Shown in pieces: positions 30,950 through 40,410 of a DNA stretch of 64,000 bases. Source of the DNA: Longimicrobiales bacterium (GTDB lineage: Bacteria; Gemmatimonadota; Gemmatimonadetes; Longimicrobiales; Gaopeijiaceae); assembly GCA_963664435.2 (NCBI GenBank), contig CAXXKM010000002.1, positions 800,001 through 864,000 of the forward strand. Reading direction: 5' to 3'. Both the position numbers and the translations under genes were made by a program. The notes below the pieces were generated by a model that saw nothing but the letters and a program-made list of their open reading frames with translations, was not told the origin of the DNA and searched no databases. Numbering within the stretch: the stretch's first letter is position 1; the number at the start of each line of letters is the position of its first letter.

Positions 30950-32107
30950 TCAGCCGCGCGGTCTCGGGCGGGCTTCCAGTGCCTTCCGAAGCTGTCCCTC
31001 GTCGGCTCGCTGATAGCACTGAAGCACCGTCTTGGCGGTCTTCCAGCCTCCGAGGTCGCAGAGGACCTTGAGTGGCTGGTCCATGAGATCGCTCGCGAAC
31101 TTGCGCCTCAACGAGTGCCAGCCCCGCCCACGCTTGGGTTCGAGTCCCGCGAGCTTCTGGGCTCGGTTCCACCAGAAGCGCACCAGCGTCCGGCCCGCGC
31201 ACCGCGACGGATCTCGTGGTGCGGGGAGCACCGGAGCAACCTCGATCCCGGCGCTCCGCTCTCGCGCCTCCTCAAGGACGGCGACCGCCTCGGCCGTCAT
31301 CGGAGTCCGGTGTTCGTAGCCTGTCTTCTCGTGTTCGGCCCTCCACCGGATGGCTCGGGCTTCAAGGTCGATATCCGGCCACCTGAGGTGGCGGATAGCC
31401 CCGATTCGGTGCCCGGTCTCGTGTGCGAGCACGAGCGCGACGTGAAACCGCCAATCGACCTCCCGGGACACCCCGAGAAGCGCCTGGTATTCCTCTTCGG
31501 ACAACACCACCCGCGTGGGGTTCTTCTCCGTGGGCGTCTTCAGACCCTTCAGCGGGTTCGAGCCGAGGAGCAGCCGGCCCTCCTCGTCCTTCGACTTGGC
31601 GGCCCAGTTGAACACGGCGATCAGGAACTTCAGATCGTGTTCGATCGTCGCGTCGGACACCGGTTTGCCGCTCGCTCCGACCTTGCCCGCGCGCCGCGCC
31701 CGGATGAACCGGTCCCAGTCGCGCCGGGAGAGCGTTGAAGGCTTGCGGCCTCGTCCGAAGAACCCGAGGAACATCCTCGTCGCGGCCCGGTCGGCCCGCT
31801 GCGACGCCTCCGCCTTGGTGGGCGTCACCTCTTCACCGTAGATTTCAAACAGCTTGTCCAGCGTGAGCGGCTCGGGCTCGGACTCCGCCTTGCCGTCGGG
31901 CGCGTCGATGAACCCGGCGGCGAACTGATCCGCCTGCTTCTTCGCTCGGGTCCAGTCCCGGTGCCCGAGCGACCGGGTGAGCCTGCGACCGTTCTCGCGC
32001 CACTCAATCTGGAAGAGGCCGGTTTTCGGATCCGGAAAGACCCGGACCCGGTTCCGGCCCCACTCGCCGGCGCCGTAGCTCCGGCGGTTTCGTTTCGTGC
32101 GTGCCAT
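30950..32107 (-). CDS. Tyrosine recombinase/integrase (Int-1)
   Basis: HETGHRIGAI (catalytic R), HEKTG, WHSLRRKFA (HxxR), LGGW, LQCY (Y); N-terminal arm-binding-like domain. Confidence 0.93.
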   Translation of the reverse strand: MARTKRNRRSYGAGEWGRNRVRVFPDPKTGLFQIEWRENGRRLTRSLGHRDWTRAKKQADQFAAGFIDAPDGKAESEPEPLTLDKLFEIYGEEVTPTKAEASQRADRAATRMFLGFFGRGRKPSTLSRRDWDRFIRARRAGKVGASGKPVSDATIEHDLKFLIAVFNWAAKSKDEEGRLLLGSNPLKGLKTPTEKNPTRVVLSEEEYQALLGVSREVDWRFHVALVLAHETGHRIGAIRHLRWPDIDLEARAIRWRAEHEKTGYEHRTPMTAEAVAVLEEARERSAGIEVAPVLPAPRDPSRCAGRTLVRFWWNRAQKLAGLEPKRGRGWHSLRRKFASDLMDQPLKVLCDLGGWKTAKTVLQCYQRADEGQLRKALEARPRPRG

Positions 32108-32404
32108 CGTTCGATACCTCCGATTCGGCAGACTGAGAATGGCACGAATCACGGCGAGGAATCGTCTAACTACTTACAGGGCTGCACGATCTGCGCTTTC
32201 TGCCCTTGAAACGTGTCTCCTCCCGTCGTCCAGAAACGGCGGGTAAATCGCCTCGATTTGCGGGAATCGCATTCCGCCTCCGGCAGTGGCTGGGCGCAGG
32301 TTCGCGAAGCCGACTGCCGCGGTCAATCGTCATCTACTTCGCCCTCTGGACTGGACGTGATCGTCCGGTCTTCCTCTGTCCTTCAACCCCTTCGGATCGT
32401 GGAT

Positions 32405-33242
32405 TCAAGGAGATTCGGCTAGCGTGATCGCGTTTTGCATCGCCCACCCGCAGACCGTCCCCGTGAGCCGGGGGACCGGAGCAACGCCGCCGGCCGCATC
32501 ATCGAGCGATATCCGGCTCTCCAGCTTGTTGGCCAAGTCGCATCGTCCTCCGCGGTCGTCCAATGACCACGTCAACGTACCGGAGACATCCGCCTCGATC
32601 AGAATGCCCGCGTCGTAGGAAAGGGTGATCCGGATCGTTTGCGCCAAGCGGTCGCTGTCCATGAGGAAGGACACGTCGTCGTCGCTGAATACGCAGTCCC
32701 TCGCGGTCAGCGTGCCCTCCAACTCGGCGGACAGCGTACCCTCCGCCAGCGTCAGCATCGCATCCCCCGTGAAGGAGGCTCGGCTGCCATGCGCGCAGGG
32801 AATCTCGGCTCTCGCTGGTGACCGCCCCTTGGAAACCTTGAAGCTCGTATAGGGGCCAAGATGAAGGATCTCGCCGTGAGCCAGCAGGCGCCCGCCGTAC
32901 AGCCCCCGCACCAAGCTTCCAGCGCCGCCGAAGCCTTGGCCGCCGTGATGACATACGCGGCCGTGCCGTCCGCGACCAGCACGCCGTCCCCGTGAACTGA
33001 AGCAAACGGGCTTCGCCGGTCGTGCCCCGCAGGATACCGGCCCGCACGTCCCAGGTTAGTCCCTCGTAGGACGCGAACCGCTCCGCGTCCGCCGCGCGCA
33101 CCAGTAGACTGGCGGAAGGCGATGTGACCGGAGGTGAAGGCGACGGCCACTTCACCGGCCTCGTTAGGGTCCAGTGACGTTCGGAGACGTTCGGCTGGGT
33201 CGGAGACCCGTCAGGTCGCTCCGCCGGTGGCCTGGCGAACAC
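32405..33242 (-). pseudogene. Hypothetical protein split by a frameshift near 32915
   Basis: Two overlapping ORFs; Cys-containing beta-rich C-terminal part. Confidence 0.45.
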
Positions 33243-33423
33243 CCCCGTTGCTGATCACACGGGGCTTCCTCATCTCAGGATGGCGCGACGAGATTCGGCG
33301 CACATTCTGCTTTCTGAAGGCAGGCTGACACTGCCGTTGACAGAGACACGGTTCCTTGTATACTCCGACCGCTCGGGGAGAAAAACTCCCTGAGAGAACC
33401 TTCACAACCCAAAGGAGTTGCAC

Positions 33424-33636
33424 ATGTCTCAGGCCACATTCTCGTGGCGCGCCCGCCTGACCGCCATCGTTGCCGTCTTGGCGGTCTGCGTACTTCCGCT
33501 CGCGGCCCAAGAGATCGATGATTGCTTCCAAGATTGCCACGATCTGGGCATGCTCGCGTACGGCGACGATCAGGACTTGGACAAGGGTTCTGCGGTCTTC
33601 GAGGAGTGCATGGAGACCTTCTGCGGCGGCATGTAG
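33424..33636 (+). CDS. Small secreted acidic 4-Cys peptide
   Basis: RBS aaggag; signal peptide ..LAA-Q; CxxxC..CxxxxC. Confidence 0.75.
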   Translation: MSQATFSWRARLTAIVAVLAVCVLPLAAQEIDDCFQDCHDLGMLAYGDDQDLDKGSAVFEECMETFCGGM

Positions 33637-33647
33637 CCGCGCCCGCC

Positions 33648-34742
33648 GTGAGAACCTACAGATTGGCGGCGGTCGCTTTGGCGATCGCCGCCGCTGGCTG
33701 TTTGCGGGACCAGCCAGCGCCCTCCGAGGAGAGACTAGTCCCGGTTGCCTCCGCGCCTGTCCCGCTGAGTCGGGATAACGGTGTTGCCTTGACGTCGGCG
33801 CGGGAGGCGTGCGTGATCGACTCGTACAATTTCCGCGTTGTGTGCGTCACCCCTGACGAGCGCATCGGTGAGTTCGGAGGGAAGGGCGATGGCCCCGGCG
33901 AGTTCACTCGACCGGTTTGGCTCGGGAGAGTCGCGCTGGACCGCGTGGGCGTCGTTGACACTCGGCAGAATCGGCTAACGGTGTTCAAGACCGATGGCGA
34001 ATTGGTGTCGGACCTGTCGTTGCCTTCGTTGTTCTGGCCCCGGTCAGCCGGGCCGACCAGTCTTTTCGGCGAGGGCCTGCTCGGAGTGACTCCGGGAACC
34101 CAACCGGAAGAGGGAACGAGGCCGAGCGCTGAAACCGTGCTCGTAGAGGTGTCGCTTCAATCCGGCGAGGTACTTTGGCACCGGCGCGGTCTGGAAGAAA
34201 TCGCTACGACCGAATGCGGTAAGTTGGGGTCGGGGATACCAACGCCTAGCGGCGGCTACGTACTCAAGGCGTGCAAGCGGGAACTGGTGTTTCTGGAGGA
34301 TCGAGACGGCATGGCCGCCGCCGTGATTCAATCGCCGAATTACATGGTCGAGTTTCCAAACGAGCGCGACGTGGAGGCCTACCTTGAGGACATGGCCAGC
34401 ATGTTTGGCGGGTCCGCACCGGCATCGGCCATGGAGCCGCACGCAGCCGGATACCGAGAGGAGCCCAAGGCTTGGTTCCTGTTGGATGGACTGATCTTCG
34501 ACGACTTGGGCCGTTTATGGGTCGCCACGCATCGGGACCGCGACGCTTTTTCCTACTTCGACCTCTGGGTAGGCGTCGAGTATGCAGGGACGGTCCAGAT
34601 ACGTGACCGGCTGATCGGCTATGACATCCTGGGTTCGACCCTCGTCGCCTTGGTCGAGCGAACACCGGATCGAAACGGGATTGCTCAGCGGGCGATCGAC
34701 TGGTACGACATCGGCGCGGTCGAGGCCGGTCGTGAAGAGTAG
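33648..34742 (+). CDS. 6-bladed beta-propeller lipoprotein
   Basis: Lipobox AAGC; FGGKGDGPGEF; FDDLGRLWVAT. Confidence 0.8.
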   Translation: MRTYRLAAVALAIAAAGCLRDQPAPSEERLVPVASAPVPLSRDNGVALTSAREACVIDSYNFRVVCVTPDERIGEFGGKGDGPGEFTRPVWLGRVALDRVGVVDTRQNRLTVFKTDGELVSDLSLPSLFWPRSAGPTSLFGEGLLGVTPGTQPEEGTRPSAETVLVEVSLQSGEVLWHRRGLEEIATTECGKLGSGIPTPSGGYVLKACKRELVFLEDRDGMAAAVIQSPNYMVEFPNERDVEAYLEDMASMFGGSAPASAMEPHAAGYREEPKAWFLLDGLIFDDLGRLWVATHRDRDAFSYFDLWVGVEYAGTVQIRDRLIGYDILGSTLVALVERTPDRNGIAQRAIDWYDIGAVEAGREE

Positions 34743-34929
34743 GGTTCTTCACAAGCCGATGCCGATTCTCGTCCGGGGATCTTGAATTCGGCCAGTTTAT
34801 CCGCAACGCACAACACCCCACTCCAGCCCCGCAACCCTGAGCCCGTGTTAGAGTCAGGAGCAGCTTATTGGCCTCGCTGGGCTCGGCGGTTGTGGCTCAC
34901 CCGGATTCGCGTTTCCGCCGTGGTTCAAG

Positions 34930-35020
34930 CCGTGCTCTTCGACTCGATCATCGTGGTCACCGACCGCAAGATCCTGGACCGGCAGATCCGGAACACGATC
35001 AAGTAGTACGCGCAGGCCGA
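34930..35020 (+). pseudogene. Type I restriction HsdR fragment
   Basis: FDSIIVVTDRKILDRQIRNTIK*YAQ. Confidence 0.6.
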
Positions 35021-35769
35021 TACCTTGCGGGGGTGTTTTTCCGCCCCGTTGGCGACGACCGCCGTCGGCTACTCGACGTTATTGGACCTCCTCATACGTT
35101 ATCGACCAATAGGAGATTCCGGGCGGGTTGACTTGCTGGCGGGTGGCTACTCAGCGTTCACGGCATGGAGACGCGGAAGCACCGATTCAGCACGAGGGTA
35201 GGCACTTCCCTCGGGGACCCCGACGCGCCGTCCCCGACGGCCTCGGTGATGAAGTCCCCGAACGTCTCGAACCTCTGGATGGACGGTAAGCGGGACGGAC
35301 ATCAAGGCGCGATTGGCGGCGCGTGGCTGGACCCCGATGCTGCAACGCGTTGCCTCGGCGCGACGTGGGAAATGGCCTATTCCCCACCCACTTGCACGAC
35401 TTGCCGACTCCATGTTCGCCTTCATGCCATGGAGATTGAGAGGAGGCGGTTCGCGGCGGTCGAGGGGAGGGTTCGGGCCGGATGTCATCCCCACGACGGA
35501 CTTTCGCGCCGTCACGGCGCGGACGCCCGAGCCTGGCTGGCGGTCACTCGCCCGCGGGGACGCGAGAAGGCGCTGAAGCCCTTTGGCTGGCTGGATCGCC
35601 GGGACAGCACTGCCCGGCATCCGGGGAGCGCCCGAGTCTTGCGGCATCCATGCCCGGAACCCTTGCCCGGCGCGGGCGCGGTGAGCCCGTGGAGGACGCC
35701 GACGCGGCGGGTTGAACCGGACCGTTCACGGGCGCGGCCCACGGGCTCGTTGGACGCTGCTATTTCAGA

Positions 35770-35840
35770 CAAGCCAGCATACTCCTTGGGGCCACACTTC
35801 GCGTGTCCCCAGGAGAGGCTGGCGGGGGGCCTTGCCCCCT
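35770..35840 (-). other. ColE1-like oriT of IME-2
   Basis: Minus strand GGAGTATGCTGG^CTT after a hairpin; directly upstream of mobC. Confidence 0.75.
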
Positions 35841-35868
35841 GTGACCCCCGGACGGGCAACGGCGCGCC

Positions 35869-36207
35869 ATGAGCGCCCGACGCGCCGTTTGGGTGAAGGT
35901 TCGCGCCAGCGAGGCGGAGCGTGCCGAGTGGCACGCCAAGGCGCGTGCCGCGGGCCTCACGCTGTCGGATCTGGTGCGCCGGTCGGTGAGCCGGACGCGC
36001 ACATGGACCGTGGCGCACGCCGAGGTCGAGCGCGAGCGCGTCCAGCAAGTGGCGCGGATCGGGAACAACCTCAACCAGATCGCCCGCTGGGCGAACACCC
36101 ACCGGGGTGCCATCGAGGCGGTCGAGGTGATCGGCCACCTCGTCGCCATCAGGCGGGCGCTCGCGGCACTGTCCCCCGCCGAAGGTCCGGAGTCGGATGC
36201 TGATTAA
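35869..36207 (+). CDS. mobC: MobC/MbeC relaxosome accessory protein
   Basis: RHH-like N-terminus, ARIGNNLNQIARWAN. Confidence 0.92.
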   Translation: MSARRAVWVKVRASEAERAEWHAKARAAGLTLSDLVRRSVSRTRTWTVAHAEVERERVQQVARIGNNLNQIARWANTHRGAIEAVEVIGHLVAIRRALAALSPAEGPESDAD

Positions 36208-37798
36208 GTTCCTGGCGCACGGGACCGGATCGGCCGGCAAGGCGGCTGGCTACCTCCTCGGCGAGCTGGACGCCGCCGGGAAGCCGCGCGAGGGCGTCGA
36301 GGTCCTTCGGGGCGATCCGAACCAGGTGGCCGCCGTAGCCGACACGCTGGCGTTCGAGCACAGGTACACCTCCGGCGTGATCGCATGGGCGCCGGAGGAC
36401 GAACCGGCCGACGCCGAGATCGAGGCGGTCGTGGACGCCTTCGAGGACACGGCCTGGGCGGGACTGGAGCGCGACCGGTACGCCTGGACCGCCGTGCTGC
36501 ACCGCGAGCGCGGCGGCGGCGCGCACGTCCACGTCCTCGCCGCGCGGTGCGACCTGGAGACCGGCCGGAGCCTCAACATCGCCCGTCCGGGCTGGGAGAA
36601 GACCTTCGGCCCGCTCCGGGACGCCTTCAATTCCGAACACGGCTGGGCTCGCCCGGACGATCCCGCACGGGCCAGGGTGCAGCAACCCGGCCACCGCGCC
36701 TACATCGAAGCGACCCGACTGCGGGCCGGACTACGGCTCGAATCCTCCCCCCGCGACCTGATCCGGGACTACCTGCTCCAGCGCGTCGAGCACGGCACGG
36801 CGCGGAACCGGGCCGATATCGTCGCCGCCCTTCGGGAGGCGGGGCTCGAAGTGCCGCGCCAAGGCAAGGACTACCTCACCGCGCTGGACCCCGAGACCGG
36901 CGACCGGTGGCGGCTGAAAGGAGAACTGTATGGAGAGAACTTCGACCGCGAACGATTTGACCGAGCGGCTGCGGAGGAGGCTGGAGAGCGAGAGACGGGA
37001 GATCGAGGAGTTGACCGCGAGCGAGCTCGAAAGGCTCGGCGAGAACTCGCGGCGCGCCGCGAGGAACGCGCTGCGTTCCATCGAGCGCGATACGGAGGAG
37101 GCGGCCGGGAGGATGCGCCAGCTGCTGGTCAAGGCGTGGCAACGGCCCCTGATCGTAGGCCTGAGCCTTTGGATCGGTTTCTTCGGCGGAAGCTGGGCGA
37201 CGATGCAGTGGTTGTCGAGGAGCATCCAGGACCGGATCGAGACCCGCGCCGAACTGGGCCGGGCCATCGAGGACGCCCGGCGGACACTGGCCCAGCTGGA
37301 GGAGGACACCTGGGGGCTCGTGTTCCGCGAGATCAAGGGCGAGCGGTTCGTGGTGGTGCCGGACGAGGTGCTGGCCGATCCGCCCTGGTGGAAGGTGGAC
37401 GGACACCTTCCGGCGTTGAAGCTGTTGAGAGAGTGAGGGAGCTGTATGAGCGAGTTGGAACGGCAGTTGACGGAGGCCTTGAAGAGGCTCTCCGCGCAGT
37501 ACGCGACGGAGCAGCGGCGGCACTCCGGGCAGGTCGAAGGCTTGAGGCAGCACGTCGAAGCCTTGCGGCAGCGCGTCGAGCGGCAAAGCGAGGAGAACGA
37601 CGCCTTGCGGCAGCACGTCGAGCGGCAGAGCGGGGAGAGCGAAGCCTTGCGGAGGCGAATCGAGTGGCTGAACGAGGACGTTACACGCTTAACCGAGTCG
37701 TACGGCGCGCTCGCCGCAACCTTACGATGATGGTCACGGCGATGCGCCTGCGCGGGCTGGGGCGCGATCGCGATCGCGATTACGGTCCGAGCCGCTGA
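36197..37798 (+). CDS. mobA: ColE1-type (MbeA-like) relaxase
   Basis: MLIKF..GYLLG, VLRGDP, YTSGVI, HVHVL..DLETGRSLN, PDDPAR, RLKGELY. Confidence 0.9.
   Translation: MLIKFLAHGTGSAGKAAGYLLGELDAAGKPREGVEVLRGDPNQVAAVADTLAFEHRYTSGVIAWAPEDEPADAEIEAVVDAFEDTAWAGLERDRYAWTAVLHRERGGGAHVHVLAARCDLETGRSLNIARPGWEKTFGPLRDAFNSEHGWARPDDPARARVQQPGHRAYIEATRLRAGLRLESSPRDLIRDYLLQRVEHGTARNRADIVAALREAGLEVPRQGKDYLTALDPETGDRWRLKGELYGENFDRERFDRAAAEEAGERETGDRGVDRERARKARRELAARREERAAFHRARYGGGGREDAPAAGQGVATAPDRRPEPLDRFLRRKLGDDAVVVEEHPGPDRDPRRTGPGHRGRPADTGPAGGGHLGARVPRDQGRAVRGGAGRGAGRSALVEGGRTPSGVEAVERVRELYERVGTAVDGGLEEALRAVRDGAAAALRAGRRLEAARRSLAAARRAAKRGERRLAAARRAAERGERSLAEANRVAERGRYTLNRVVRRARRNLTMMVTAMRLRGLGRDRDRDYGPSR
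36930..37436 (+). CDS. mobB: MbeB-like mobilization protein (overprinted within relaxase)
   Basis: Coiled coil + TM + TWGL; conserved in the inverted copy 44904-45407. Confidence 0.75.
   Translation: MERTSTANDLTERLRRRLESERREIEELTASELERLGENSRRAARNALRSIERDTEEAAGRMRQLLVKAWQRPLIVGLSLWIGFFGGSWATMQWLSRSIQDRIETRAELGRAIEDARRTLAQLEEDTWGLVFREIKGERFVVVPDEVLADPPWWKVDGHLPALKLLRE
37446..37730 (+). CDS. mobD: MbeD-like protein (overprinted within relaxase)
   Basis: MSELERQLTEAL..L..Y..EQ resembles the MbeD N-terminus; conserved in copy 44616-44894. Confidence 0.75.
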   Translation: MSELERQLTEALKRLSAQYATEQRRHSGQVEGLRQHVEALRQRVERQSEENDALRQHVERQSGESEALRRRIEWLNEDVTRLTESYGALAATLR

Positions 37799-37884
37799 TG
37801 AGCGGGAAATCTGGCGCGGACGGCCTCCCGCAGCGAGCTTTGAGGCGCGCAGATCGTGCGGTCCATCGCGAGAGGAATCGAATG

Positions 37885-39099
37885 ATGGCACGCACGAAGC
37901 GGGACCGGCGCAGCTACAGCGCCGGCGAGTGGGGCCGGAACCGGGTGAGGGTGTTCGCCGATCCCAAGACCGGTCTCTACCAGATAGAGTGGCGAGAGAA
38001 CGGGCGAAGGCTCACCCGGTCCCTGAAACACCGGGACTGGTCGAGGGCCAAGCGTCAGGCGGACGAAGCCGCCGCAGGCCTCGCGATGTACGAGCTCAAC
38101 GGCAAAGCCGAAGCCGAATCCGAGCCGCTCACCCTGGAAGGGCTTTTTGAAATCTACGGTGAGGAGGTGGTCCCGACGAAGCACCGGCGGACCCAGCACC
38201 AGAACAGGGCCACGATGCGGATGTTTCTGGACTTCCTCGGCCGCGACCGAAGACCCGAGACGCTTTCCCGGCGCGACTGGGACCGGTTCATCCGGGAGCG
38301 GCGGGCAGGCAGGGTCGGACCCAGCGGCAGGCCCGCAGCCGACCGTACCATCGTGTGCGACCTGAAAGTCCTGCTCGCGATCCTAAACTGGGCCGCCAAG
38401 TCGAGAGATGAGCGGGGTCGGTTGCTGCTCGACTCCAACCCGCTGAGGGGACTCAGGGTGCCGAAGGTGAAGAACACCACCCGGGTCGTGCTCTCCGACG
38501 AGGAATACGAGGCGCTTCTGAGGGTCTCCGGACAGGTGGGTTGGCGCTTCCGTGTCGCCCTCGTGCTCGCGCACGAAACCGGGCACCGGATCGGAGCCAT
38601 CCGGAAGCTGAGGTGGACGGATATCGACCTCGAAGGCGGAGTCATCCGGTGGAGAGCCGAGCACGAGAAGACCGGATATGAGCACCGAACGCCCGTGACC
38701 GACGAGGCGACCTCCGCCTTGGAGGAGGCGCAGAGGCACGCTAGCGGGACCGGAGACGCCCCGGTTCTGCCCGCGCCGCGGGATCCGTCGACGTGCGTGA
38801 GCCGTACGCTGGTGGGCACTTGGTGGAAGACCGCCGAGAGGCGGGCGGGGTTGGAGCCCAAGCGCGGGAGAGGCTGGCACTCGCTCAGGCGGAAGTTCGC
38901 TTCAGACCTCATCGGGCTGCCCCTCAAGGTGCTTTGCGATCTCGGTGGCTGGAGGGAAGCCAAGACCGTCCTGCGCTGCTATCAGCACACCGACGACGTA
39001 CAACTCAGGACGGCTCTGGACAGCCGTCCCCGCAACGGTCGGCACCCGATCCAATCGGCGGGAACCGAACAGCGGGAATCGGATCACCGAATCCCGTAA
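37885..39099 (+). CDS. Tyrosine recombinase/integrase (Int-2)
   Basis: Same motifs as Int-1 (HETGHRIGAI, WHSLRRKF, LRCY). Confidence 0.93.
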   Translation: MARTKRDRRSYSAGEWGRNRVRVFADPKTGLYQIEWRENGRRLTRSLKHRDWSRAKRQADEAAAGLAMYELNGKAEAESEPLTLEGLFEIYGEEVVPTKHRRTQHQNRATMRMFLDFLGRDRRPETLSRRDWDRFIRERRAGRVGPSGRPAADRTIVCDLKVLLAILNWAAKSRDERGRLLLDSNPLRGLRVPKVKNTTRVVLSDEEYEALLRVSGQVGWRFRVALVLAHETGHRIGAIRKLRWTDIDLEGGVIRWRAEHEKTGYEHRTPVTDEATSALEEAQRHASGTGDAPVLPAPRDPSTCVSRTLVGTWWKTAERRAGLEPKRGRGWHSLRRKFASDLIGLPLKVLCDLGGWREAKTVLRCYQHTDDVQLRTALDSRPRNGRHPIQSAGTEQRESDHRIP

Positions 39100-39272
39100 G
39101 TGACGCGCCCGCAACAGAATCGGCAATCAAGGATTTCTGTCGATTCGATGGACTGCACGATCTGCGCGTTTGAAACCTCGCGCAGGGCACGCCCGTCGTC
39201 CAGAGTTGCGGCCCGGTCGGCTCTGGCGCGGGCGCGCCACGGGGGCGTTGGTTTCTGCGGTTTGTAGAGGAG

Positions 39273-39305
39273 CCAGATGGGTTAACGCTTCACGTTAACC
39301 TCTGG
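39273..39305 (-). other. oriT-like hairpin of IME-1
   Basis: CCAGA..GTTAACG-cttca-CGTTAAC..TCTGG; homolog of 56670-56702 with compensatory changes. Confidence 0.7.
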
Positions 39306-39372
39306 CCGGGGGAGCATCCCCCGGACCCCCGAACGACATTCCGCGCGCCACCCAAAGGAAAGGCCGCCCGTC

Positions 39373-39430
39373 ATGGTCCGTCCCCGGAAGCCCGAGGCCG
39401 AGCGCAGGACTCGCACGATCGGTGTGCGCG
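39373..39430 (+). pseudogene. Truncated mobC (IME-4 type)
   Basis: MVRPRKPEAERRTRTIGVR matches 56765-56822, then similarity ends. Confidence 0.8.
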
Positions 39431-39794
39431 AGGAGCAGCCTCCATGCGCTTGAGATCTTGACCTCTGATCGGCCGGGGTCGGTGGCGTACCGCGCGTGCA
39501 CATCGACATCGGGGGGCATGTGCACGGAATCACCGCGTCCATGTGCGCGGGCAGGGGCTCCGCATATCGCTGCCCGCGTTGCGGTTGTACCACGGCCGCA
39601 CGAACGGCGGTGCCGTTCCAGAGTGTGCGGCCGTGGCGGGAGCGACCCCGCCCTTCGGGTGCCTGGTACGGCACGGCGACGGCCGGGATGTGCACTTCCA
39701 TCCCAACCTCGCCCGGGGTCGCTCCCGATCCATCAGTCCTTGGCAGGAAGGCTAGTCGGTCACCGGAGACGGTCGCGGCCCGAAGCCGAAGGCG

Positions 39795-39985
39795 ACTGCG
39801 GTGGCCAACACCATCGGGCACGGCGACCACATCGAGATCCGGGGCTTCGGCACCTTCAAGGTGCGGCACCGCAAGGCCCGCACGGCCCGCAACCCGAGAA
39901 CCGGCGAACCGGTTCGGGTCCGGCCCGCGATGTGCCGGTCTTCAATCCGTCGAGGCACCTCCGCAGCCGGGTGGAGCGAGGCTCG
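39795..39985 (+). pseudogene. HU/IHF-family fragment
   Basis: IEIRGFGTFKVRHRKARTARNPRTGEPV..VPVFNPS; frameshifted, N-terminus missing. Confidence 0.85.
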
Positions 39986-40060
39986 GTCCATGTCGGCGAC
40001 GAGTCCGGGACGAAGCAAGGCGGGTGTTGGGGAGTGGCAGTGGTCGAAGAGGCGGCGGCG

Positions 40061-40078
40061 AGCTAAGCTAGCTTAGCT
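40061..40078. repeat. Perfect 18-bp palindrome AGCTAAGCTAGCTTAGCT
   Basis: Read directly. Confidence 0.85.
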
Positions 40079-40147
40079 TGATGGTGCCGGATGTGTGGAA
40101 AGCTGACCGTGCACTTGATCGTTCAATTTCGCTACGGGAGCGCTTCG

Positions 40148-40396
40148 ATGGCTGTAACACACTACGATGCGGGGAACGGACCCGTTTGCCAGTACAGGCA
40201 GAGCGCGAAGCAATGGAGCAAGGATGCCAGCAAGGTGAATTGCATCGACTGCCGCCGCCGATCGGGCTTCCCGCTCTTGGTTCATTGGATTTCGCCGCAG
40301 AGGAACATCGCTTGCGGCATGTGGTTCGTGAGGGAAGCGTTCGTGGACAGTGAGAAGCGCGCCGTCACCTGTCTTCGCTGCCGCAAGGCCATGTGA
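40148..40396 (+). CDS. Small protein with two H..C..CxxC zinc-finger-like repeats
   Basis: VNCIDC and VTCLRC; RBS gggag. Confidence 0.6.
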   Translation: MAVTHYDAGNGPVCQYRQSAKQWSKDASKVNCIDCRRRSGFPLLVHWISPQRNIACGMWFVREAFVDSEKRAVTCLRCRKAM

Positions 40397-40410
40397 AAGG
40401 AGAGCTCGAA

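Larger units (their letters stand above)
32121..39147. mobile_element. IME-2: 7.0-kb integrative mobilizable element bounded by CGATTCG, inserted in the int-1 5' leader
   Basis: CGATTCG at 32121-32127 and 39141-39147; removing it regenerates the sequence seen intact upstream of int-4 (56521-56563). Confidence 0.9.
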
